DNA of 64,000 nucleotides from Octopus sinensis (lineage: Eukaryota): positions 4,154,001 through 4,218,000 of the forward strand of contig NC_043002.1 in the NCBI RefSeq assembly GCF_006345805.1, given 5' to 3'. The notes beneath the pieces were generated by a model. It saw only the letters and a list, made by a program, of their open reading frames with translations, made no database searches and had not been told where the DNA came from. Each line of letters starts with the position of its first letter. The first letter of the stretch is position 1. This document shows, in pieces, positions 1 through 12,160 of the stretch. The position numbers and the translations under genes were made by a program.

Positions 1-299
1 GAAAAGAATTCAATAATTAAAGATCAAGAGCATATGCGTCATTTATATCTGTACCAAATAATTTCTTAGGAAAATGCGCCTCTTACAATAAAAAAATTGT
101 ACAGCTCTTTGACTCATTCCTGTACAATAGCATAAAGTTGGATTTTACTCAAGGTTTCAATACATTTAACTTAGCAAAAACATTGTATGCAACATTTCTT
201 GAAGAATGAACCAATAATCTCCCTCAACCTTCCAAAGGAGCCTTTATTTACAAAGCTACAACAAAACCTGAAAAGACTTCTAAAAGTACTCCCTATTAC

Positions 300-1530
300 A
301 AGGTGAACGCACCTGACCAAATACTATTAAACAGCTGATTCCTTTAACTGAAAAACCAACAGTCACTATAAATAATAGAACCTTGACAGATGTGGTGTCT
401 GATTAACGGATAAGGGTTGAAGCATCGTGTCTTTCCCCTTAGCCACACTCCAATGACAGGTATCAAAAAATAATTTTTCCATTCCCGGAAATTTTCACTG
501 TGGTTGATGCGGAAGTGGGTATAGATGAGATTTCCAAGAGAGTTATATGCAACCCAAGAATCGCTATATACTACGGACCCTTGGCGTATATATCGGGTAA
601 TTAAGGGGATCAGTGTGGCGGCATCTCGCCTTTCCTCTTCACCACTCAGATGAAAGAGGTATGAAAACTTTTTTTTTGCCTACTCGCTCTATCCCAGTTT
701 TTGTGAGTCTTCCACGATTGTATTTTCTTCCTACAATAACTGTTTCATCAATCCCTACTTCAACTCCTGGTCCACCAATTAAGGTCCTGGTAATTTTCAA
801 CCCAATGCTGACAAACCTCGGAGCAGAAGGATCGCCAATCAATTGAGGTTGGATACAAAATGTTTAAATTTTCCATGACTAATGCATGCGACCAACAGTC
901 TGTAAGGAAGTAGTTTACAAATAACAGGACTTTACAGGAAGGGATTCGCCGATTTACTAATGACATTGAAGCATTAGATTTCTTTCGAAAACATGTCATT
1001 CCCAGCACAGTTGACTGCCCTAGATGCACTCCACGAAAATACAAGCATCTTCCGATGTGGAAGGACTGTTCGCCGTCGAAGGCAAAGGCCAACGCAATGT
1101 GGATATTCTATATCCCTATACAACACTTTTTTGGAAGGAATTTTCGACCCAATGAAGGTAAACTTCACAACAGAAAGATCACCAATCAACAGACATGGCA
1201 AGCGTTATGTCTAAATTTCCCATAACAGATTTATGTGACCAACCTTGTGTTAGGAAATGATTGATAAATAAAGGAACTCTCCACGGAGGTAGACGGCTTC
1301 ACTCCAAAAAGTGTTCTTGAAGATAGACACAGACACTGAAAACCCGCATTTTGTTTTCCTTTGTTTCCAACAACGAACCATCTTCCTACATCGAAACATA
1401 TTAGTCCCATTTCGAGTAACACAAGGGGAATTACATGTTGGCGGAAAAATTGTAATGCCAAGTCATCTTTAAATCGAAATCTATAAGCCCCATCATACAA
1501 ACTTAAATCACAGGCAGTGCAAGATACCAT
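300..1530 (-). pseudogene. Degenerate Merlin (IS1595/ISXO2-like) DDE transposase
   Basis: Fragments in several frames: GGPGVEVGIDETVIVGRKYNRGR (ORF 639-842), IRQGSVVYSDSWVAYNSLGNLIYTHFRINHSENF (~490-600) and an N-terminal piece (LALQFFRQH; TVLPHRKMLVFSWS). Multiple stops and frameshifts; ends approximate. Confidence 0.8.
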
Positions 1531-2019
1531 CCTGATTTAGTGCTAGCTAAAAGGAATTGGTGCTAATTAAAGTGCTCGTGTCAATGATCAGATCAAATAA
1601 TATTACCATTCAGAAAAGGTCTTGCTTCATTGGTCAGCTGAAGTACCAGAGGTGATACAAAACTAATAACTTTTGAAAATATTTTCGTACCAATCGTATA
1701 CGATTTCTGTTTCACTCCTGTGACCAGGTGTTGGGGTTTACTGCTCGGATTCTGTACGGTTGATCGTGGGAATTTTCTGAAACCCCGCCAGTGCGCATTT
1801 TTTCATCATATTCCTTTAATATACGATGCATTACAACTGTTACACATTTTCGTTTCCACTTTTTGCTGCCGGGTGCGGATCTAGATAATAACCGTCGTCT
1901 GTGGATGTTAAGTTTCTTCGGCAACAAGGAGCTCCCAGATCGGCTGCCGTTCCTTGATGTAAACCCTCTCTTTCAGGTATCCCCACAAGAAAATATCTGA
2001 ACTAGTCATGGGATTATTC

Positions 2020-2205
2020 GCTTGTCTCATCACTTGACATTGCAACGATTCCCGTTTCTGTTCCTTGCTTTAATCACTTTCTCACCTGGTGCATCTCTCA
2101 CCTGCACGTGTCGACAGTATGCTCCTGGGTCTGAATTATCGACCCCTGATTTTGGTAGAAGAATTTTGCCACCTGGATGCATTGCTGAGTGCTGTACTTG
2201 TCCAT
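2020..2205 (-). pseudogene. N-terminal HTH fragment of a rosa/DD41D-like Tc1/mariner transposase
   Basis: MDKYSTQQCIQVAKFFYQNQGSIIQTQ, then (frameshifted) RAYCRHVQVRDAP and ETGIV; same motif order as the N-terminus of ORF 13994-15043. Confidence 0.55.
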
Positions 2206-2336
2206 GAATCTCTCAGATCCGTGAGCACATAAAATCTGGAAAAAGAGGAAAACGGTTAAATAATTAATTTCCATAATGTCATTTATGTTGTATCAAAATT
2301 TCATGCTTTCATTTGTAAAATTAAGGAAGTTATTAA

Positions 2337-2558
2337 CCCTTTCGTTACCAACCCGGCCAAAACCGGCCTTGGCTCTGTAATACAAATGTCTTGTTTTCAT
2401 AAGTTTTGAATTAAAATCTTTCACCAAACCTTAGTCACAATTTATGCTCCTAACACTAGCTGAATGATAACTTAGTTATTTTACTAAATTCTTTGTTATA
2501 TTTAAAATTAATTGAAAGAAACACAGAGCATCTCAAAATAAATAGAGTAATGAAAGGG
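2337..2558. mobile_element. piggyBac-type (TTAA) MITE
   Basis: TTAA|CCCTTT...AAAGGG termini (right flank TATA, degraded); inverted homologue of 22188-22398. Confidence 0.55.
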
Positions 2559-2750
2559 TATATTGAAACCCATCATCTTGTATTTGGTGACCGAAGTTAT
2601 ATCTTAGCTACTATTTGAGCTAGAAAGCCCAATTTTTTGTTTCCATTTAACTTACAATAAAAAAGTCGACCTTAGACATGGTTACACAGAAAACTATAAA
2701 CAAATGAATCTAGACCAGACATGCTTTTGCAGTTAACTACAAGCAAGCAA

Positions 2751-3007
2751 CGTACTACTTGAGAACAGTGGTCCTTGTGCGCGCACTCGCACATCTGCGC
2801 TAGCTAGTCGTGACTAGTCGATCCTACAACGACTACTCAGCAAAGTAAATAAAACACAATAGCTAGTCGTGACTAGTCGATCCTTTGTTTTTGTGTGATA
2901 AATACTTTAACAAAAATTATTTACTTTGCTAAGTAGTCGTAGGATCGACTACTTACGACCAGCTGGCGCGGATGCGCGCACCGGGACCACTGTACGCTAG
3001 TAGTACC
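2751..3007. mobile_element. Merlin-type MITE, copy A
   Basis: TIR (G/C)GTACTACT..AACAGTGGTCC / GGACCACTGT..GCTAGTAGTACC; no TSD seen. Confidence 0.75.
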
Positions 3008-3334
3008 ATATATATATATATATATATAGCAGCAGTAATAGAATACTGAATAATTCAATTAGAGTTCACATGTTGGAGTTTATCAAAAATGAAAGAATCG
3101 AGACACACTCGGTCCTCAACAGCTTTTGTAAACTCCTAAAAGTTTTGTGTAGCACAGTTAGACACCATAAACCCAAATCGATTGAGAAAAGGCTCTTAAA
3201 GTGTGCATTCGTTGACTTAGAAATAAAAAAACCCTTCTTTTAACTCAAATAGCCAATGTTGCACGTGTCATTCTCCCATAAGCAACAAAGTACAATTTTT
3301 AGTATTAAATGTTCCAATAAACTGCTAGAATACT

Positions 3335-3479
3335 AATTAGTCAACACTGTTTCAGGTGTCCCCTTTGATGGCTCATGTTGGAATTAAAAGCCTCTCTCGG
3401 GAATGTTTGAACTGTACCAAGGAGAAAAATCATTCAAACGAGCCATCAAAAGGGACACCTGAAACAGTGTTGACTAATT
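3335..3479. repeat. Inverted repeat, 40-bp arms with 65-bp spacer (MITE-like)
   Basis: AATTAGTCAACACTGTTTCAGGTGTCCC...GATGGCTC and its reverse complement differ at one position. Confidence 0.7.
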
Positions 3480-3503
3480 TGTATTCTAGCAGTTATTGGA
3501 ACA

Positions 3504-3899
3504 TCTTTATATATAAAAGTGAGGTTGTGTGCTGTCTGTCTGTCTCCTGCGATTTAGATTCCTAACTACTCCCACATTTTGCGGTGCAGTTTAACCAAAA
3601 CCGGGTATCTTATAGTCGCGATTCATATCGAGCCCTTCTGGGTATTCGCGCGCGTCTACGATGAGCCTACGATTAAAAAAAAAATTTACCATAATTTTTT
3701 TCCATTTTTAATGCATTCTTTTCGCTATTATATAAGGGAAGTAACTCTCTAAAAATGTCTACGATGAGTCAACGATTAAAAAAAAACTTACCATCATTTT
3801 TCCCCCCATTTTTAATGCATTTTTTGGTTATAACTCTCTAAAAATGCTTATATAGTTACTTCTCTTACAAACCCGAGCAACGCCGGGCGATACTGCTAG
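3504..3899 (+). mobile_element. Non-autonomous Helitron
   Basis: A|TC 5' end, subterminal hairpin CCCGAGCAACGCCGGG (3872-3887), CTAG|T 3' end, no TSD. Confidence 0.8.
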
Positions 3900-5472
3900 T
3901 TTAATACTAAAAATTGTACTTTGTTGGTTCTGGGAGAATGACACTTGCAACATTGGCTATTTGAGTTAAAAGAATGCAAACATTCCCGATAGAGGCTTTT
4001 AATTCCAACTTTGTGTACAAAAAAGCTTGGAAAATCTATAAAGATCCGTGATTTCTATAAATCGCTGCCTCCTGCATGGTTGCAATGACCGCTGGTCGTC
4101 ATTTTCTCTTCCAGGAAGAATCTGCAATTAAAAACCTTTTAATTTGTCCCAAGATATTCGGATTTATTGCCCTTGCACTTTGTACCCAGTCCAAAAGCCT
4201 ACTAAATGTAAAAGAATGCGTGGAAAACGAATATGCACACAAAAATTGGTGTTACTTTAGAGTGGACCCGACCCTTTAGTACCGACGGAAACTCAAAGAA
4301 GCCCGTCGTATATATATGTCTGTCCCCCACCATAGCTTAACAGCCGATGTTGGTGTTTATGTCCCCGAGACCATTAGGGGAAATTTTGTGTACTCCCATC
4401 ATAACCTGCGTGTTACATTTTCCAGCACAATTCAACTGAGTTACTAAAGGGCCATTAAGTTTTCTTAATGGTTGACTTTGAAACGGGAATAACCGTGGTT
4501 CGACATCAATGTCAGTCATTCCATTGAAATTCGCTCCAACAATTAGAATTGATAGTTAACATCCATCAGGCTGGGTTTTTTTTCTTTTTTTTTTGTTAAC
4601 GGTAATCTTTCAAACTAAAGCGTTTGACCCCGTCATAAAAAAAGTGTAATGGGTGTAAAACAACTTGCTCTACTCTTCTCAAGTAGTACCAATATCGTGT
4701 TGGGCTTTCCCTTAGAATCGTTGACCCTGAAAGCGAAAAAACAAGACCAACAAGGTAGGGACGATCAACTCCGCTTTTTTCTCGAAAAAGTTGAAATTTC
4801 ACAATTTTTTTTTTTCCCGAATCATAATCTCTGTATTTTTCCACTTATTTCGCCTACAGAAATTTCTCAAAAAAAGTCAATAAAGAAATGGGGATGAGAT
4901 TTTAAATTCGTAACTTGCAAATTTCTTTTCTTTTTTTCAGAATCGGAATCTCTTTAGCCGAAAACGTGGTTTCAGTAAAAAAAAAAAAGGGTGAGATTGG
5001 GGTCACGTCTGGGCCATGTGCGCCGCCAAATACCCGCACACAATCCGTTTTCAGAGAAACACCATCAGACAAAAACTCATGAATTTGTATTGAATTAAAA
5101 ACTTGCTGTTTTTTAAAATAATTTTCTTCTTTTCCTATGGAAGATCGGTTTTATTTAAAATTATAGAAAGACATAAACCTTTACTGTAGTTATGCGATCG
5201 AAATTACCGACCGAAATTTAAATAATATAAACGATATAGATTCCTCTTGGAACACGACACCAATATTTTATAAGACTAGATCTACGTAAATGTAATGTAC
5301 ATGAAAGAAGAGGATAAGGGAGATTCGTTGAGGTTTTCCAAAGATTCTTTTTACCATTTTAAAATTCCTCAACAGACATTCGTCCCTTTAAAACTAAAGC
5401 AAAAAAATGATCAATCGAAGAATTAGTCTTTTTGGCTTTTCCTTTTTATATTACCATATACAATAAATGCGG

Positions 5473-5738
5473 GGTACTACTAGCGAACAGTGGTCCCGGT
5501 CCGCGCCAGCTAGTCATGACTAGTCGATCCTTACTTTGTGTTATTTACTTTGTTGAAAAAAATATTTACTTTGCATTTTTGTGTTTTATATACTTTTTTT
5601 AACAAAAATTATTTACTTTTGTGTAAAAATATTAATTTTGTGTTTAATCTACTTTGTTAGTTAGTCGTTATAGGATCGACTAGTCACGACTAGCTAGCGT
5701 GACTGCGCGCACCGGGACCACTGTTCGCTAGTAGTACC
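5473..5738. mobile_element. Merlin-type MITE, copy B
   Basis: TIR GGTACTACTAGCGAACAGTGGTCCCGGT; perfect 8-bp TSD AAATGCGG (5465-5472, 5739-5746). Confidence 0.9.
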
Positions 5739-6080
5739 AAATGCGGTATTTCTGCTCCATAAATAAAGGTAACAGTATAATTTCATAATTTGTATTCTGA
5801 ATAACGGATAATAACTGAATGGAAGTCCACTTACTTTGCCTCGCATCCGACCACTTCAGCCGCAGAAGAAGAATAAAGGCAGAAGCGACCAAGTTTCGAA
5901 ATATATATAGGCTGCGAAATCTCATGGAAAACGAGACTTTCTTAATGCTAAAACGAGACTTGATTGTCACTAAATAAAATTAGTTTTTTTTTGTAAAATT
6001 GAAATTATTTTAAAATGTGTTTGGAATAAAATTATACTTGCATGTTTAATGTTTCGAATATATATTTTTTTTGTCTTTTT

Positions 6081-6389
6081 GGTACTAGTTAAGAAGAGTA
6101 GCCCCGGTGCGCGTACTCGCGCACGTGCGCTAGCTAGACGTAATTAGTCGATCCTAAAACGACTACCTATCCTATAAAAAAAACCCTATTTGTTTAAAAA
6201 AAAAAGCTCCGTCTAAATTATGATGGGGGTACCAAAAGTTTATCTAAAAACTTCTAATAACTTTTAACCGAATTTCTATGAACATTTGTTATAGTCATTT
6301 TAGGTAGTTTGGTAGTCGTTGTAGGATCGACTAGTCACGACTAGCTTGCGCGAGTGCGCGCACCGGGACCACTCTTCTTAAATAGTACC
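6081..6389. mobile_element. Merlin-type MITE, copy C (variant TIR)
   Basis: GGTACTA..TAAGAAGAGT termini; 8-bp TSD with one mismatch (GTCTTTTT / GTCGTTTT). Confidence 0.8.
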
Positions 6390-6788
6390 GTCGTTTTTTT
6401 TTTTTATGAATTGTACGGAAATAAACGAGAATTGCTTTTGTGCAAGATTATAAATTTTTCTTCAAGTTGGAATTCATTAAATGATGTTTTCACTTTGAGC
6501 ATGTTAAGAGATTAATTAAAAATGAACTCGCTTTAGCGGCGAATTGAAACCAGCTCAACAAGTTACTCTACTGGAAGCTTATGTCTAAGCTTTTCGTGCA
6601 TCCCTACCGACACTTTTCAAATAACGTTTTCCTCATTCATTAAAAGGGGTCCTTTTTTTAAGTTCGTATATCTGCCGGGGTGGTAAAGAAGCTAAGCGAG
6701 ACGAATATGTTAAGGATCAAAAGTCAGTTCAAAGATAATGTTTAATAAGCCGTATTTCATTCTATTTTTGTTCATTGAGTCCTCTATC

Positions 6789-7509
6789 GCGGATCTTTTC
6801 ACGTTGATCGGCAGATTTTCAAAATAATTTCTATGTAACTAAAAAATTTTAAACTTCGTATACTCTCTCTTTACTCTTTTACTTGTTTCAGTCATGTGAC
6901 TGTGGCCATGCTGGAGCACCACCTTTAGTCGAGCAAATCGACCCCGGGACTTATTCTTTGTAAGCCCAGTACTTATTCTATCGGTCTCTTTTTGCCGAAC
7001 CGCTAGTGACGGGGACGTAAACACACCAGCATCGGTTGTCAAGCAATGCTAGGGGGACAAACACGCACATACATATATATATATATATATACATATATAC
7101 GACGGGCTTCTTTCAGTTTCCGTCTACCAAATCCACTCACAAGGCTTTGGTCGGCCCGAGGCTATAGTAGAAGGCACCCTAGGTGCCACGCAGTAGGACT
7201 GAACCCGGAACCATGTGGTTGGTTAGTAAGCTACTTACCACACAGCCATTCCTACCCCTAATGGTAGTGTGTTACATAAAACATCTTTTTCTCTTGGCGT
7301 TCTTGAGAAAATTCTAGTTTCTAAGCTATTTGTTGTTTAATTTCTTGCATTTCGGCAATTTCAACCAATCAATGACGTCTATTGAGGTGAATACAATTTC
7401 TGCCGTATTTTGTCAACAATAAACACATTCTACCAGTATACGAAGTTTAAAAGTGTTTAGTTACAAAGAAATTATTTTAAAAATCTGCCGGTCAAAGCAA
7501 AAAGACCCG
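6789..7509. mobile_element. Deletion derivative of the long-TIR foldback element (cf. 58853-59617), interrupted by a SINE
   Basis: GCGGATCTTTT..GGCAGATTTT and AAAATCTGCCGGTCAAAGC ends; internal sequence matches the arms of 58853-59617. Confidence 0.65.
6864..7258 (-). mobile_element. tRNA-derived SINE, ~400-bp family (S1)
   Basis: Reverse complement of 10807-11213: A/B-box head, (TA)n middle, GAGTAAA-type tail. Confidence 0.85.
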
Positions 7510-7789
7510 AACTCTTTTGTCTGCCAAACAGAAAGGATCCAAGTTTTAGTCAAAGGTTTACCAGAAAGATAAACCAAAAGTCATCAGTTATTTTACTTGT
7601 TTCAGTCACAATGAAGCACCACCTAGAAAGATTTCATCGAACAAATGGCCCCAGAATGTATTCATTTCTCAGCCTGGTACCAATTCTCTCGGCTTCACAT
7701 TGCTGCTAGAGACTGTGGTTAATTCCATGTGAATTCAGGCGGTTTCACATAGCCGTCTGAATCAAACTTAAGGCCCCGTTCAAAGATGT

Positions 7790-8085
7790 GGGGTAGCATG
7801 ATGTGACCCTCACTGTAGACACACGGGTTGCATGTTGCGTTCTTGAGCAAGACCCTTTGTTTCATGTTGCTCCACTTCACTCAGCTGTAGAAATGTGTTG
7901 CTCCACCACTGGTGCTAAGCTGTATCAGCCCCCTTTGCCTTTCATCTGTGGCATGCGGAGGGGAAGCTGGTATTTTCAGGGATGACTGCTGATCTTCCAT
8001 AAACAACCTTGCTCGGACTTGTACTTTGCAAGGGGACTTTCCAGGTGCAATCCTGTGGTCATTCATGACTGAAGGGGGTCTTTAC
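7790..8085 (+). mobile_element. Old degenerate SINE with CORE-like central domain
   Basis: CTTGAGCAAGACCCTTT...TTGCTCCACTTCACTCAGCTGTAGAAATG resembles CORE-type SINE domains; boundaries uncertain. Confidence 0.4.
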
Positions 8086-8528
8086 TGTCCCTTGTATATG
8101 AGTGATTTTGTAACGTTTATAAGAAGCAGCTATCAAAGCTGTATGAATGGATGATGTCTAACATTCAAGGCACCAGAACTTTCATTTCTAATTTTTTTTT
8201 TTTTGTTGACTAATGTTATCAAAGATAGATATTTTTTTTCAAATATCTAATTTAGAACAATTTAGTTATGCAGTAACAAAATTTAAAGCATGGCTACCAG
8301 ACATGCTTGCTACAAACTATCCGTAGGCTTGTTTTACATTCTAATTACCCATGCAGGTATTTCAGAGGTAAGTGCTAAGTCACCAACGACGTGTGTACAT
8401 GACTCTTCTTTATTACAGAGTGTGAAGACTAGAAGTATGAAGAAGTATCAAAAATTTCCAGGACTAATTATAATTAATAAAACATAACTTCTTTACCCAG
8501 GTTTTTGTTATAAACCCAAACTGGAATA

Positions 8529-9790
8529 TCATCATCATCATCGTTTAACGTCCGCTTTCCATTCTAGCATGAGTTGGACGGTTTGACTGAGGGCTGGCGA
8601 CCCAGATGGCTGCACCAGGCTTCAATCTTGATCTGGCAGAGTTTCTACAGCTGGATGCTCTTCCTAACGCCAACCACTCCGAGAGTGTAGTGGGTACTTT
8701 TTACATGCCACCAGCACGGGGCCAGTCAGGCAGTACTGGCAACGACCTCGCTCAAATCTTTTACACATGCCACCGGCACAGGTTCCAGTAAGGCGATGCT
8801 GGTACTAAGTTTAAAAGGTTTTAATCAACTAAATATACAACAATCTACAATACAAACAAAGATTGCTAAATTGTAAGCAAAACCAAACTTCAATGCAATA
8901 ACAGTTTTATGCAGCAAGTTGCTACAGTCTCAACCAACTGAAAACCAACACTAAACACGTTGTGCTGTAAACAGAACATCAGTTGGCATGCTGCAGAACT
9001 AGTCTGGGAACTTTTTGATACCACCTTATATACCCAACAAGCCTATTGTATTCAGAGGGAAAATGAGAGAGAGAAAAAGTCATTAAAAAAGTTTCCTCAC
9101 ATCTCTACTTTAATATGAAATGTTATTCGCAACAGAAACACTGCCAGATCAGACTGGAGCCTGGTGCAGCCTCCTGGCTTCCCAGACCCCAGTCGAACCG
9201 TCCAACCCATGCTAGCATGGAAAGCAGACGTTAAATGATGATGATGATGATGCTTCATGAAACAGTGGCAGCAAAATAAATATTCAGTAAACTCATCATC
9301 ATCATCATCATCGTTTAGCGTCCGCTTTCCATGCTAGCATGGGTTGGACGGTTCAACTGGGGTCTGGGAAGCCAGGGGCTGCACCAGCCTCCAGTCTGAT
9401 CTGGCAGTGTTTCTACGGCTGGATGCCCTTCCTAACGCCTCCGTGAGTGTAGTGGGTGCTTTTTACGTGCCAGACGAGTCTGGCAAATGGCCACGATCGG
9501 ATGGTGCTTTTTATGTGCCACCGGCCACGAACTCATGCGTAAAAACTTCTAAACTTATTAGTTGTCATCAATATACTACAGAACTAATAGTCACAGTACT
9601 GGGATCATCATCATCATCATCGTTTAACGTCTGCTTTCCATGCTGGCATGGGTTGGACGATTTTGACTGAGGTCTGGCAAACCAGATGGCTGCACCAGGC
9701 TCCAATATTGATCTGGCAGAGTTTCTACAGCTGGATGCCCTTCCTAACGCCAACCACTGCGAGAGTGTAGTGGGTGCCTTTTACGTGTCA
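8529..9790. repeat. Cluster of four 5'-truncated RTE LINE 3' ends
   Basis: Copies at ~8529-8800 (-), 9134-9252 (+), 9294-9540 (-), 9605-9790 (-) match the 3' UTR and (GAT)n tail of 12160-13627. Confidence 0.8.
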
Positions 9791-10009
9791 ACATTTGGAT
9801 TGTAATTGTAGGCTTGTGTGCATGCACGCGTGTGTGTGTGTATGTGTGATACAAAAACGTAAGTGCTAAGTATATCTTTATCTTAGTAGTGTGTAAGGGT
9901 CTAATGTTACTGGTTTTGTCTATATCTAGATCTTTGCTGGCTGAGCAGATCTATGATCAAAAGTATTCCATTCCTTAAGATGGAAGTATGATTTAGCTCC
10001 TATTTTGAG

Positions 10010-10445
10010 CATCATCATCATCATCACTGTTTGACCGTGGTCGAGACAATGGGATTTACTATGTTACGCAAGACTTCACTGTCCATCATAGCATTACGGA
10101 GGTCCTGTTGCTAGATGCCTGTATACCTGGAGATTACACCAGGGTAGGAGAGTGTGCGCCCTTTGGTGTTGCGGGTAGATGGCTTCCAGAGGAGAAGAGT
10201 AGAAATTACCTGGTTTTCAGCTCTACAACAATGTCCAGCAAACTGGACTCTTCTACCTTTCACAAGAGATGATACAGGTGGTAGTTTCCCATATATTTGT
10301 ACTTTGGTTGAATGACGCTTCCACGAGAGATTTTGAGTTCTCATAAGGAGCAAGCCAAACATCCATGAAGATAAGAGAAGCACCAGACAGAAACGTGAAC
10401 TGGGGTCAAGCCTAAAACCCTTGAAGGGGACAGTTCCCACATGGC
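10010..10445 (-). mobile_element. LINE 3' fragment (RTE-X-like RT C-terminus)
   Basis: RRVQFAGHCCRAENQVISTLLLWKP motif and (ATG)n tail; related copies at 17254-17530 and 18667-18850. Confidence 0.7.
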
Positions 10446-10806
10446 TACAGTTTAATGACCAAAACTAATAAAAGAATTCTTTGTGTCAGCAGTCGTGCTT
10501 GGTTGATTTTACTTATCAGTGAGTTGAAACGAATAATGGATTACATTTGCAGATTTTTAATGTTATATAGTTCATAAAGTCATGGGTCATTGGCATCACA
10601 TGAACCATGAACAATGCCTAGATTTTCTAGAAGACAGAAGTTGCAGTTCTTTTGGTATCCTACCCAGAATTAGACATGTATTTCATTCTTCAACTCCAAA
10701 TATATTTAACCCTTTAGAATTTAAACTGGCCACATCTGACCCAAATATTCCACCAATTTTATGCTCTAACTATATATACTCTATTATGCTCTAACTATAT
10801 ATACTA

Positions 10807-11213
10807 GGCGCAGGAGTGGCTGTGTGGTAAGTAGCTTGCTTGCCAACCACATGGTTCCGGGTTCAGTCCCACTGCGTGGCATCTTGGGCAAGTGTCTTCT
10901 GCTATAGCCTCGGGCCGACCAATGCCTTGTGAGTGGATTTGGTAGACGGAAACTGAAAGAAGCCTGTCGTATATATGTATATATATATGTATATGTGTAT
11001 ATGTTTGTGTGTTTGTGTTTGTCCCCCCAACATCGCTTGACAACCGATGCTGGTGTGTTTACGTCCCCGTCACTTAGCAGTTTGGCAAAAGAGACCGATA
11101 GAATAAGTACGGGGCTTACAAAGAATAAGTCCCAGGGTCGATTTGCTCGACTAAAGGCGGTGCTCTAGTATGGCTGCAGTCAAATGACTGAAACAAATAA
11201 AAGAGTAAAAGAG
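10807..11213 (+). mobile_element. tRNA-derived SINE, ~400-bp family (S1)
   Basis: A box TGGCTGTGTGG, B box GGTTCAGTCCC, internal microsatellite, tail TGACTGAAAC..AAAAGAG. Resembles described octopus OK/OR SINEs; family name not verified. Confidence 0.85.
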
Positions 11214-12129
11214 TATATGACCTCTCATACCTACTGTAAGATCTCATTTTAAAAATAAATAATCCCATTATTGAAATCTCAATGAGTAATCTAAATGCTA
11301 AAGGATTAAAGAGTACCATGCTTTCCTTTTTATTTTAATTAGTCTTTTTTTTAATTAGTCTATCAGAATGATACAAGAAATTTTTGGAAGGATATTCTGA
11401 GTCCTATGCAACGAGTTCAGCTGTTTTCTGTGATGATAGATGTTGCATTTCACACCATTCTTTAGCAATTGCAAACTAGATCTTGGGGTTTGAAGTTGAA
11501 TCATGATAATATCAGATATTATTAGCATTCAGCTCTAACATAGAGATTGTTTGTTGAGTAGCAACTGGACTTGTGAAATGTGCCTTGATAAGGGAAGAAT
11601 AGTTTTTACTTTCATAGACTCATGGTGTACTGTATTATATACTCTCTTTGCAATAGTTTTAGAACAGTCATTTGTTACTACTAGTGAATACTTAATCTTT
11701 TCCATTCAAGTATCTGTATGTTAGTGCCTCATCATAGTACTTCCACAAGACTGGTAAAAGTGACTATCTCTAAGGATACAGGCCTTGTTCTTTCATTGAT
11801 GTAAGATACATGAACACTTAGTTAGGTATACCTTGTCCAGAACAGGTGGAGGTGGGTAACAAGAAGAGTATCCAAGTGTAGAAAAGTAGCCAAAACAAAT
11901 TCTGACCAATGATAAAGCAATGGTGATATATATTATTGAGTCCTTTTTCAGTTATGCGTTTACATTTATGCTAGTTCAATGACAGTAAATTAAAAGAGGC
12001 AAGGTTTTTAAATTCGTGTATTTAATACACAGTTGTACATGTTAAATGTTGATTTTATTTATGTGTTTCATGAATCAGTTATGTTTGCAAAGATGAAAAA
12101 CAGTTACAGTAAATGACTGCACGTATGTA

Positions 12130-12159
<30 letters not shown>

Positions 12160-12160
<1 letters not shown>

